DNA of 24,799 bases from Fidelibacterota bacterium (GCA_018672235.1 JABHGE010000012.1:1-24799); one strand, 5' to 3'. Positions 1 through 9,165 are shown, numbered from the stretch's first letter. The notes: a model not told the origin generated them from the sequence alone. Numbers and translations: made by a program.

Positions 1-98
1 ACTGTGGAGTAGAGTTTGGAGTGGGTGTTCCAATCATCAAAATCCTTTATAGTCCCAATTCATTAATTCTTTCTTAAATTATGTGTAAATATTAATTT

Positions 99-104
99 AA
101 GGAG
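99..104 (+). promoter_or_regulatory. Shine-Dalgarno site of the 49-aa ORF
   Basis: AAGGAG 7 nt upstream of the ATG at 112. Confidence 0.75.
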
Positions 105-111
105 AATCATT

Positions 112-261
112 ATGGGTAATAGAATAGGTAATTTTTTTATTTTTTTAATTTTAACTGTATTCACTTTAGGTATTTATCCTTTTTATTTTCACGTTACAAG
201 ACAACAAGAAACAATTGATGTTTTAAATGAAATTAAAGAAGAACTCAAAAGACTAAATTAG
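112..261 (+). CDS. Small membrane protein, 49 aa (not in ORF track)
   Basis: ATG at 112, TAG ending at 261, AAGGAG at 99-104. Translation MGNRIGNFFIFLILTVFTLGIYPFYFHVTRQQETIDVLNEIKEELKRLN gives one TM helix with a TLGIYP motif and a charged helical tail. It ends 9 bp before the next gene. Confidence 0.8.
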   Translation: MGNRIGNFFIFLILTVFTLGIYPFYFHVTRQQETIDVLNEIKEELKRLN

Positions 262-270
262 AAAAATAAA

Positions 271-1380
271 GTGACCCAAAATAAACACCAACTACAAACT
301 CATAAAAAAGATCTCAATCAAGCTAGAGTCATTTCAAGACAAATCGACGATGATATTCAGCAAGGTGAAGTTCTTCTCAGAATAGAGAAATTTTCATTCA
401 CAGCTAACAATGTAACTTATGGAGTTGCGGGAAATACGATTGGTTATTGGAAATTCTTTCCTGCTATAGAGAATTCAGACAATTCATGGGGGTGTATTCC
501 AGTGTGGGGTTTTGCTGAAGTAATTATATCAAACAATGAAAATATTCAACACGGTGAAAGAGTCTTTGGCTATTTTCCGCCAGGAAGTACTTTAGTTGTA
601 AAGCCAACAAATGTCTCAAAGCAAAATTTTATAGATGGTAAAGAGCATCGCAAGGAATTACCTCGTGTTTATAATAATTATGTTAGGATTAACGCAGAAA
701 GAAATTATGATATCTCAATGGATAATATAAGAGCTTTACTTTTCCCACTTCATATTACCGCTTTTTGTTTGTGTGATGCATTGGAAGAACGCAATTATGA
801 GGGCGCATCTCAAGTTATTATAATCAGCGCATCAAGCAAAACGGCAATTGGTTTAGCTCAAGGATTAGCTGAGAAAAAAGATACTCCAAAAATAGTTGGT
901 TTAACGTCAAAGAACAATACCCAGTTTGTAAAAAACTTAGATTGTTATGATGAAGTCATTTCTTATGATAGTTTAAAAGATTTAGGTAATGAGTTGTCAG
1001 TTATGGTTGATATGTCTGGAAATCAACTTATTCTGTCTTCTTTACAAAAATTTTTAGGAAATAAAATGCTTAAATGCCTAACAGTTGGAATGACTCATTG
1101 GGATAAAAGTAGTACCGCAGAAGAAACGCTTGCTCAAGCTGAATTACAAGAAAGAACTGAGTTCTTTTTTGCGCCTACACATATTCAGAAAAGGTATAAT
1201 GACTGGGGAAAGAAAGGTTATAATGAAAAAACTACTATTTTTATGAATGCCAGAGCTAAGCAAAGCCTTAATTGGATGACAATAAAAGAAATTTCTGGAT
1301 TAGATAATTTTGTACAAACTTACGAAGAAATAGTTAGCGGAAATATTAATCCCAATGAAGGGATAGTAGTTTTACTTTAA
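271..1380 (+). CDS. DUF2855 family protein (possible MDR-like oxidoreductase fold)
   Basis: GTG start, 369 aa. Family-typical motifs FSFTANNVTYG, YWKFFP, IPVWGFAEV, GERVFGYFP, SASSKTAIGLA, FFFAP. Confidence 0.85.
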   Translation: MTQNKHQLQTHKKDLNQARVISRQIDDDIQQGEVLLRIEKFSFTANNVTYGVAGNTIGYWKFFPAIENSDNSWGCIPVWGFAEVIISNNENIQHGERVFGYFPPGSTLVVKPTNVSKQNFIDGKEHRKELPRVYNNYVRINAERNYDISMDNIRALLFPLHITAFCLCDALEERNYEGASQVIIISASSKTAIGLAQGLAEKKDTPKIVGLTSKNNTQFVKNLDCYDEVISYDSLKDLGNELSVMVDMSGNQLILSSLQKFLGNKMLKCLTVGMTHWDKSSTAEETLAQAELQERTEFFFAPTHIQKRYNDWGKKGYNEKTTIFMNARAKQSLNWMTIKEISGLDNFVQTYEEIVSGNINPNEGIVVLL

Positions 1381-1388
1381 ATTCAAAA

Positions 1389-1715
1389 ATGAATTCATAC
1401 TTAATACTATTTGCAGCAATTTTATTTGAAGTTTTAGGCACCATGCTTTTGTCTGTATCGCAAAGTTTTACAAAAATATTACCAACGACTATTCTGTTGA
1501 TTTCATATGGACTTTCTTTTTACTGTCTTGCTCTTGTATCGGAAAAACTTCCTTTAGCAGTCATATATGCTTCATGGGCGGGCTTAGGAGTATTTTCTGT
1601 AGCAGTGCTAAGTTATTTTTTCTATAAACAAACATTAAGCTGGCAAATGATTATTGGGTTGTTCCTAATTGTTGTTGGAGTTACTATTGTTAATATTTAT
1701 AAAACGGAGATATAA
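1389..1715 (+). CDS. SMR family small multidrug transporter (EmrE/QacE-like)
   Basis: 108 aa, 4 TM helices. In register with EmrE: E14, G17, T18, P32, Y40, S43, F44, P55, Y60, W63, G65, G67, G90, G97. Confidence 0.92.
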   Translation: MNSYLILFAAILFEVLGTMLLSVSQSFTKILPTTILLISYGLSFYCLALVSEKLPLAVIYASWAGLGVFSVAVLSYFFYKQTLSWQMIIGLFLIVVGVTIVNIYKTEI

Positions 1716-1717
1716 AA

Positions 1718-2469
<752 letters not shown>

Positions 2470-2479
2470 TATTTTTATA

Positions 2480-4294
2480 ATGAATCCTATGAGAAAAATA
2501 CTTTTTATTCTATTTATTTCACTAGCAATAGCGCAAAATTCTAACGAAGACTATCTAAAGCTAGAATTAAATAAAGCTGTAGCTGACATTAATAACAAAA
2601 AATTTAATAATGCAATTGCTAGAATTGAGAAAAATGATTTTTCTGAATCTGTGCTTATGAATCATGCCTTAGTATTAAAAATGAAAGCTTCCCATGGTAA
2701 TGGAGATTTGAAAAAAGCATTATCAGCGAGTAGAGATATTAACGTTAGCATCCTAGAGCCTAATCTTCAAACAATTTATTATATAGAAATGGGAGATATA
2801 TTTTCCGAAATGGGATTTTTTGATAAATCTTTTGAATATTATTTAATGGCCAATAAAAGCAATACTGACCTGAAGTCTAATAAGCGTATTAATCAGCGAC
2901 TTAAAAGGTTGGTCAGAATGGAGTTAGATGAACAGCAAATCGCTTCTTTAATATTTACTGAATATGATTCCATCAATATCAATATCTTAATATTGGCACA
3001 ATCTTTTTCTATGGCAAGAAGCGGATCCAGCGATTTAAAAGATACATTTAATTCTATTGATTATAGTCTACTGCCAAGAGAGTTAAGATCTTCTCATCGC
3101 TATCTTAAAAAAAATATTTCAAGCAATAATTCATTTGGACTAAAAATGGGAGTAGTGTTACCATTATCGGGTGAAAATTCAATACAGGCCAAAGCATTTT
3201 TATCGGGCTTAAAAGAAGGAAATGAATTATCAGATAATAAGAATAAAATTCAATTTATTGTTGTTGATAATTATGGGAAACAATTGAATACAGTGCGAGC
3301 ATGCAACGATTTGATAAACTTTCACAAAGTAGATGCTATCATTGGTCCTCTTTCAGATAAAAATTTGATAGCAGCTGCAACCGCATTATCTAATTTTGAT
3401 ATCCCAATCTTTGCACCAAATTCAAATAACGAAAGCATTCATTCTATTAATAAAAATGTCTACTTATTAGACTCATCGCTAGATGTTAAAAATCAAGTTT
3501 TAGCTAATCATGTAGTCAATAATCTTAATTTGGAAAAAGTAGCAATTATTGCTCCAAGAACCAAAGAGGGAGTTGATGAAGTTGATTCTTTTTTAAAAGA
3601 AATGGATAGACTAAATAAAGAGCCCGTTTCTATTCAGTGGTACGAAAATACAGATCCTATAGATTTAAGAAGTTTATTTAAAAATTTACGAGAGATTGCT
3701 TGGGAAATTAATGCTCAAGCTGAGTATAAAGAGTTCTTAGGGGTTGATATTGATATACTCGATTCAATGTTTGATGTAGAATCTGATGAGGTGTATGATA
3801 TTTTTAATATACAAGAAGATGAAAGTATCGATTCTACTAAAGTTGTTCTAGACTCTATTGATGGACTTTTTTTCCCACTCGCAGATGAAGGATTGACGTA
3901 TGTTGCTTCACAAGTTTCATTATCAAACCTTGAAACACAATTACTGGGAAATGATTTGTGGTTAGATATCGATTTCATTAATCAGGAGAGTATTTCCCCT
4001 CATATATCAGGCATGTATTTTGTTAGTACATTTAAACCTAATTATAGAATTGGAAATGAATTTGACTATGACCCTAAGCTCAATAATTTATTTCATTATG
4101 GTTTAGATTTTGCTCAGTTTATTATTGAATCAGATAATAAGAATAATAATTTTTCTTTTTTCAATCAAGACAACTCAAATAAAGCCTCTAATACTAGATC
4201 GTTTGATTTTAGTTCAGGTATGGTAAATCAAGGTGTTAATATACTCAAGTATTCAAATAAGCGCATTGTCCAAACAAATATGATAACTGAATAA
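2480..4294 (+). CDS. LppC/LpoA-like exported protein: N-terminal TPR-like helices plus C-terminal type I periplasmic-binding fold
   Basis: Signal peptide MRKILFILFISLAIA (start may be 2489). TPR-like segment YYIEMGDIFSEMGFFDKSFEYY. PBP1 motifs KMGVVLPLSG, VDAIIGPLS, KVAIIAP, QLLGNDLW. Confidence 0.72.
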   Translation: MNPMRKILFILFISLAIAQNSNEDYLKLELNKAVADINNKKFNNAIARIEKNDFSESVLMNHALVLKMKASHGNGDLKKALSASRDINVSILEPNLQTIYYIEMGDIFSEMGFFDKSFEYYLMANKSNTDLKSNKRINQRLKRLVRMELDEQQIASLIFTEYDSININILILAQSFSMARSGSSDLKDTFNSIDYSLLPRELRSSHRYLKKNISSNNSFGLKMGVVLPLSGENSIQAKAFLSGLKEGNELSDNKNKIQFIVVDNYGKQLNTVRACNDLINFHKVDAIIGPLSDKNLIAAATALSNFDIPIFAPNSNNESIHSINKNVYLLDSSLDVKNQVLANHVVNNLNLEKVAIIAPRTKEGVDEVDSFLKEMDRLNKEPVSIQWYENTDPIDLRSLFKNLREIAWEINAQAEYKEFLGVDIDILDSMFDVESDEVYDIFNIQEDESIDSTKVVLDSIDGLFFPLADEGLTYVASQVSLSNLETQLLGNDLWLDIDFINQESISPHISGMYFVSTFKPNYRIGNEFDYDPKLNNLFHYGLDFAQFIIESDNKNNNFSFFNQDNSNKASNTRSFDFSSGMVNQGVNILKYSNKRIVQTNMITE

Positions 4295-4302
4295 TATTTT
4301 TT

Positions 4303-4929
4303 ATGTGGATTGATTATTCCAAAAAAATTGATATAAAAAATTTAAATATCATATTTAATACAGATAATCAAACACCATTTTTATCAAATAATATCATTGT
4401 TAGTATGGAGCAAACACATTCTAACAATGTTCAGATTGTGACCGGAAATAGTAAGATATATAATGCTACAGATGCTTTGTTTACATCCAATAATGCAGTT
4501 GCATTAGAGATTAAAGTAGCAGATTGTATGCCAATATTTTTATTTGATAGAAATTCGTCTTTATTCGGGACCATCCACGCTGGTTGGAAAGGATTAGCAG
4601 CAGGTATTATTGAAAATAGCATAGCATTGCTTGAGAAAAATAATTTTCAACTAGATGATATTATTGTTTTTATTGGACCATCTATTAGTCAAAAAAACTT
4701 TGAAGTTCAAAGCGATGTAATGTCTTATTTTGATTCTAAATTTTCCATAGTAAAAGATGAAAAGATTTTTTTAAGTTTACAGGATGTTGCAATTGATAAA
4801 TTTACCTCTTTTGGTATTTCTAATATTATAGATATAAAAGAATGTACTTACGATAACCTGAGTTATCATTCATACAGGCGCAATAAAACAAATGAAAGAA
4901 TGAAAGGTTGGATTTACTACAATGAATGA
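4303..4929 (+). CDS. pgeF: YfiH/PgeF family (polyphenol oxidase-like / purine nucleoside phosphorylase)
   Basis: Motifs EQTHS, TDALFT, VADCMPI, IHAGWKG, IGPSI, ECTY, SYRR. Confidence 0.88.
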   Translation: MWIDYSKKIDIKNLNIIFNTDNQTPFLSNNIIVSMEQTHSNNVQIVTGNSKIYNATDALFTSNNAVALEIKVADCMPIFLFDRNSSLFGTIHAGWKGLAAGIIENSIALLEKNNFQLDDIIVFIGPSISQKNFEVQSDVMSYFDSKFSIVKDEKIFLSLQDVAIDKFTSFGISNIIDIKECTYDNLSYHSYRRNKTNERMKGWIYYNE

Positions 4930-5695
4930 ATTAATTAATTATTTGATTTTAGGATTTGTGCAGGGTGTAACAGAGTTCTTTCCTATAAGCAGCTCAGGAC
5001 ATCTAGTTTTATTCCAAGACTTTCTAGGGATTGATAATGCAGGAGCTTCTGCAGAGATTATTGCACATTTTGGCACTTTATTTAGCATTATTCTTTTTTA
5101 TAGAGCTACATTTTTTTCAAACAAGAATTCAGATGATTTTTTTCATGTACATACTTTAAAAATGCTCATCATATCTACTATTCCTGCTGTATTGTGCGGT
5201 TTATTTTTTGATTTAGAAGTATTCTTTAATTATAATTTTGTTAAAACTGCTTTATTATGTAATGGACTATTCTTAATTGCGCTAAGCGGCTTAAGGGATG
5301 TAATGGAAAAGTCTACAATCTTTGATAATCCTTTGCCATGGCAATGGAATTATAAAACTTCACTTTTCTTGGGTCTATTTCAGGCTCTGGCCATACTTCC
5401 TGGAATATCAAGATCTGGAATGGTTATTAGTTATGGATTATTTATTGGTCTAGAAAAAAAGAAAATAATTCAGTATGCCTTTTTTATGGCAGTTCCTGTG
5501 ATTCTGCTATCAATTGTTTACAAAGTATTATTTTCTGATGGTTTTGAAGCGGTTGCCTTTCAATCGGGGTTAGTTTTATTTTTGTCATCATTTGTATTCG
5601 GATATTTTAGCTTAATATTTCTAATAAAATTTCTTGAAAGATTTAGTTTTGCTTGGTTTGGATTCTACTGCATAATTATTAGTTTAGTATTATGA
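4922..5695 (+). CDS. uppP: Undecaprenyl-diphosphate phosphatase (BacA family)
   Basis: Signature motifs QGVTEFFPISSSGHL and QALAILPGISRSG; multi-TM protein. Confidence 0.95.
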   Translation: MNELINYLILGFVQGVTEFFPISSSGHLVLFQDFLGIDNAGASAEIIAHFGTLFSIILFYRATFFSNKNSDDFFHVHTLKMLIISTIPAVLCGLFFDLEVFFNYNFVKTALLCNGLFLIALSGLRDVMEKSTIFDNPLPWQWNYKTSLFLGLFQALAILPGISRSGMVISYGLFIGLEKKKIIQYAFFMAVPVILLSIVYKVLFSDGFEAVAFQSGLVLFLSSFVFGYFSLIFLIKFLERFSFAWFGFYCIIISLVL

Positions 5696-7113
5696 TAGAA
5701 ACTATTTTTATTTTATATCTATTGCTGATTGTATGTATTGGTCTATTATCAAATAGATTTGTTTCATCACAATTAGATTTTTTATTAGCTGGAAGACGTT
5801 TAGGTCCATGGGTTACAGCTTTTTCTGAAAGAGCTTCAGGCGAATCTGCATGGCTTATTTTAGGATTACCTGGAGCTGCTATTGCCGTAGGGTATGGTGA
5901 GATCTGGGCAGTCATCGGTATTACATTAGGTATTATTTCATCATGGTTTTTAATTGCAGAAAAACTAAGGTATGAAACAGAAAAATATGAAGCTCTTACT
6001 GTTCCTGAATATCTTCATAAAAAGTTTAATGATTCTTCAGGTATTATCAAGTTAGCATCCGCTATTATTATCGGCATATTCTTTACTTTCTATGTATCTG
6101 CACAATTTCATGGTTCAGGTAAGATATTAAATACAATCTTTGGAATTGATCCATTATATGGAATTACTTTGGGAGCATTTGTAATCATTTTATATACTAT
6201 TATGGGTGGTTTGCTAGCTGTTGCATGGACAGATCTTCTTCAAGGAATTTTAATGATTGGTACATTGGTAATTTTACCTGTTGTAGGATTGATTGAACTA
6301 TCTTCTCTTGAAACACCATTATCAGAGTTATTGATGAGTGCAGATCCCTCAAAAAGCTCTTTATTTGCGGGCACGACAGGACTTGCTGCGCTATCGGTAG
6401 CTACAGGGGGACTAAGTTGGGGATTAGGCTATTTTGGACAACCTCATCTTCTTATTAGATATATGGCCATTAGCTCTGTAAAAGATGTAAAAAAAGCTAA
6501 ATGGATTGCCACTATGTGGGCGATTCCAGGAATTTCAGGTGCATTCTTAATAGGCGTTGTAGGTATGGGGTACTTCGGAGAAGATTTCTTTGTTGGAAAA
6601 GATCCAGAAATTATTATGCCTCTATTAGCACAAACCTTATTACCGGGTTGGTTGGCTGGCTTATTAATATCTGGAGCAGTAGCAGCAATGATGTCTACAG
6701 CAGATTCACAGTTATTGGTATCTACATCAGCTATTAGCGAAGATTTGGGCATGAGCGTTATTAAGAAGAGAAAAAAATCAGATACCTTATTAAATACCAG
6801 GATAATTACAATATTATTAGGAATATTTGCTTATATGGTAGCAATGTATTCTGAATATTCAGGCAATACAATTTTTGGTATTGTTAGCTTTGCTTGGAGC
6901 GGTCTTGGTTCATCATTTGGCCCGGCAATATTGCTAGCATTATGGTGGAAAAAAACTACCAGAGAAGGAATAATCTCAGGACTGTTTACGGGCGCTATTA
7001 CCACTCTTATATGGGGAAGTAGTCCATACTTAAAATCGATTGTTACTGAAAGATTGAGTAGCTTTGTTTTTGCTTTTATTATGATTGTTATTATTAGTAA
7101 GTATAAGAAATGA
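5692..7113 (+). CDS. Sodium:solute symporter, PutP-like
   Basis: 473 aa, about 13 TM. Motifs DFLLAGRRLGP, LGLPG, GGLLAVAWTDLLQG, LGYFGQPH, AAMMSTADSQLL, AWSGLGSSFGP. Confidence 0.9.
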   Translation: MIETIFILYLLLIVCIGLLSNRFVSSQLDFLLAGRRLGPWVTAFSERASGESAWLILGLPGAAIAVGYGEIWAVIGITLGIISSWFLIAEKLRYETEKYEALTVPEYLHKKFNDSSGIIKLASAIIIGIFFTFYVSAQFHGSGKILNTIFGIDPLYGITLGAFVIILYTIMGGLLAVAWTDLLQGILMIGTLVILPVVGLIELSSLETPLSELLMSADPSKSSLFAGTTGLAALSVATGGLSWGLGYFGQPHLLIRYMAISSVKDVKKAKWIATMWAIPGISGAFLIGVVGMGYFGEDFFVGKDPEIIMPLLAQTLLPGWLAGLLISGAVAAMMSTADSQLLVSTSAISEDLGMSVIKKRKKSDTLLNTRIITILLGIFAYMVAMYSEYSGNTIFGIVSFAWSGLGSSFGPAILLALWWKKTTREGIISGLFTGAITTLIWGSSPYLKSIVTERLSSFVFAFIMIVIISKYKK

Positions 7114-8114
7114 TTAAAGCATTACAAGCAATTCAAGATATTAAGAGTAATCCAAATAATAACTATTTGCTAGTCGGAGATAGTGATTTTTTATATCTAT
7201 ATCTTAAAAAAATAATTAAAGAATCAAATACAGATATCATCGAAACAAAATTATTCGATTGCTTAGATAAATCAACATCTCAAGAAGAGATACTAAGTAC
7301 ATTGAATGCTATAGATTTATTTGCAGAGAAGCATTTAATTATTCTTAAAAATATTAATAAAATTTCAGCTAAAAATAAGGATATCTTCAAAAATGCTTTA
7401 TCAGACAAAGAGAATCCTAATAGAATTATATGCGTTGATCATAGTTTCTTAGGTTTTGATTATGGATCAAAACAAAACTTTATTAAAAATCCTATCTCAA
7501 AAGATATAAGTGACTTATTTACTGTTATTGATATCACTACTCCATTTGAAAGCGAAATGATTAGATGGATTAGAATATTTTCTGATGATTTAGAGTTTAA
7601 AATGACCAGAGATATTGCAAATAGCTTAATTGATATATTTGGCACAAATTTTTCAGCTATATATAATGAAATTTCAAAATTAAGTATTATTGCAGAGGAT
7701 ATAGATAGCTCTAAAGATGAATGGCTAGATAGTTTCTATGATTGGAAAAAGAATAAGCAGATCTGGGAGTTTAACTATGCTGTATGCGATAAAGATGTAG
7801 ATAAAATCTTAGCATTTGGTTCATCGATTATGAATCAATTTGGATTACTATATATGACAAATTCTATCTTTACAATATTCGAAGCACTATTTTATGCAAA
7901 ATTAAATAATGGAACAATTACGGATAATAGTCGTAAGATTTTAAGAGGTAAGATTGTAAACAAGATTTCTTCTTCCTCAAATAAGTATACTTTATTAGAG
8001 ATTGAAACAGGTATTAAGTTATTAAGTGCACTAGATAAAAAAATTAAAACAAGAAATATTATAGATGAATCAGAATTTACAAACCTTATCAGCGGAATCT
8101 TCAGAAATGAATAG
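7110..8114 (+). CDS. holA: DNA polymerase III delta subunit (divergent)
   Basis: 334 aa. N-terminal YLLVGD, DLFAEKHLIILKN, NEISKL, IWEF and C-terminal LSALDKKIKT match HolA architecture. Confidence 0.8.
   Translation: MIKALQAIQDIKSNPNNNYLLVGDSDFLYLYLKKIIKESNTDIIETKLFDCLDKSTSQEEILSTLNAIDLFAEKHLIILKNINKISAKNKDIFKNALSDKENPNRIICVDHSFLGFDYGSKQNFIKNPISKDISDLFTVIDITTPFESEMIRWIRIFSDDLEFKMTRDIANSLIDIFGTNFSAIYNEISKLSIIAEDIDSSKDEWLDSFYDWKKNKQIWEFNYAVCDKDVDKILAFGSSIMNQFGLLYMTNSIFTIFEALFYAKLNNGTITDNSRKILRGKIVNKISSSSNKYTLLEIETGIKLLSALDKKIKTRNIIDESEFTNLISGIFRNE
7910..7936 (+). promoter_or_regulatory. Candidate ECF sigma promoter inside holA (TGGAAC-N16-CGTAA)
   Basis: TGGAAC at 7910-7915, 16-nt spacer, CGTAA at 7932-7936. 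This is the AAC-N16-CGT ECF consensus, about 170 bp upstream of the ECF sigma start. Confidence 0.55.
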
Positions 8115-8679
8115 CCCTTTCAAGTTAACAGATGAAAAGTTAATTGCTAGGTTTCAAGACGGAGATATAAATGCTTATAATGAATTAGTTAATAGATATA
8201 AAGACAGATTATTAAATTTTGTTTTTAGATATTTCAACAATAGAGAGCAAGCAGAAGACGTAGTTCAAGAAACATTAATCAAATTATACACGCACGCTAG
8301 TTATTATAAGAATATTGCAAAATTTTCAACCTGGCTCTATACAATTGCTAAGAATAATGCATTGACAGAATTGAGAAAAAATAAAAGAAAAAGAACTGAT
8401 TCGTTATGGACAAATGAAGGAAAGCCTATTGATATTGAAACAAAAGGTGATTCTTTGGAGAAGACAGTGCATAATGAGATAGCAGTTGAAGCATTGAATA
8501 GATATTTAGATGAAATACCTGAAAATTTTAGAATTGCAGTCATATTACGAGATTTCCAGGAACTTTCTTATGAAGAAATAAGTAAGATACTTGAAATACC
8601 GATTGGAACTATTAAGTCGAGAATTAATCGAGGTAGAATTCAATTGAGTGAAAAAATGAAACATTTTAAGGAGCAGTAA
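8107..8679 (+). CDS. ECF sigma-70 factor (RpoE/SigW-like)
   Basis: Region 2: DEKLIARFQDGDINAYNELV, QAEDVVQE, KFSTWLYTIAKN. Region 4: LSYEEISKILEIPIGTIKSRINRGR. The ATG at 8107 (8-bp overlap with the holA end) is preferred over 8065. Confidence 0.93.
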   Translation: MNSPFKLTDEKLIARFQDGDINAYNELVNRYKDRLLNFVFRYFNNREQAEDVVQETLIKLYTHASYYKNIAKFSTWLYTIAKNNALTELRKNKRKRTDSLWTNEGKPIDIETKGDSLEKTVHNEIAVEALNRYLDEIPENFRIAVILRDFQELSYEEISKILEIPIGTIKSRINRGRIQLSEKMKHFKEQ

Positions 8680-9165
8680 ATGGATTACAATAAATTTGAA
8701 GATAGAATTTCTCGCTGGATTGAGAATGATATGGATATAAAAGAAAGAAAAGAATTTGAAAAATTCTTATCAGATCATCCAGAATATCAATTAAAAGTAG
8801 AGGAAGTGCGCAATACTATCTCAGCCATGAATCAAGCTCCGAATCTAAAAGTTTCACCTGATTTTGATACTAACTTAAATCAAAGACTGAAGACATTAGG
8901 CTTAAGTGAGAATGTGAAAAAAGGTATTTTTGGATTTTCTAATCAAAATTTTGTATACATGACACTTACATTAGGTGCAATTTTTGTACTGACTTCCTTT
9001 CTAGTGCAATCTAATTCAACATATATGTTTGCTGAAAAAGAATCAGAGAGTAGAGAGATCTTAAGCCCATCAGATTCTTTAGAAGCAACAGATGAAATGG
9101 ACGAAATGAAAGATATTGATTTGTTAAATAATATCGATGGATCATTTGTAAACGATCAACAATAA
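8680..9165 (+). CDS. Membrane-anchored anti-sigma factor (ASD-like, lacking zinc ligands)
   Basis: Abuts the sigma gene, with SD AAGGAG at 8668-8673. The N-terminus resembles a zf-HC2/ASD helical domain (ISRWIENDM...FEKFLSDHPEY). One TM at about aa 91-109, then an acidic tail. Confidence 0.75.
   Translation: MDYNKFEDRISRWIENDMDIKERKEFEKFLSDHPEYQLKVEEVRNTISAMNQAPNLKVSPDFDTNLNQRLKTLGLSENVKKGIFGFSNQNFVYMTLTLGAIFVLTSFLVQSNSTYMFAEKESESREILSPSDSLEATDEMDEMKDIDLLNNIDGSFVNDQQ

Noticed and set aside
37..63. Minus-strand ATG-AAT-TGG...TGA-TGA suggesting TGA recoding
   Set aside because: TGA serves as a normal stop elsewhere (pgeF, uppP, the PutP-like gene, flippase, PASTA) and Trp is TGG throughout.
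1..77. Possible gene fragment at the window edge: + frame ...CGVEFGVGVPIIKILYSPNSLILS* ending at 77, or a - strand start at 37 (MIGTPTPNSTPQ, preceded by AAGGA)
   Set aside because: Too short to decide strand or function without flanking sequence.
3107..3114. Poly-A/T tracts of 7-8 nt here and in several other genes as phase-variation sites
   Set aside because: Expected in DNA this AT-rich, and all affected frames are intact.
6694..6708. 15-nt sequence TCTACAGCAGATTCA repeated at 24777-24791
   Set aside because: It encodes the conserved STADS motif of two SSS paralogues, so it is not a mobile-element or CRISPR repeat.
8065..8106. Longer N-terminus of the ECF sigma given in the ORF track
   Set aside because: It would overlap holA by 50 bp. 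ATG 8107 gives the 8-bp overlap typical of this window and a normal ECF length.
3715..8543. Short alternative ORFs 3715-3978, 4431-4622, 5679-5915, 6444-6752, 7460-7645, 8337-8543 (-) and 6501-6737 (+)
   Set aside because: They lie within well-supported genes, have no family motifs, and look like antisense or alternate-frame shadows.
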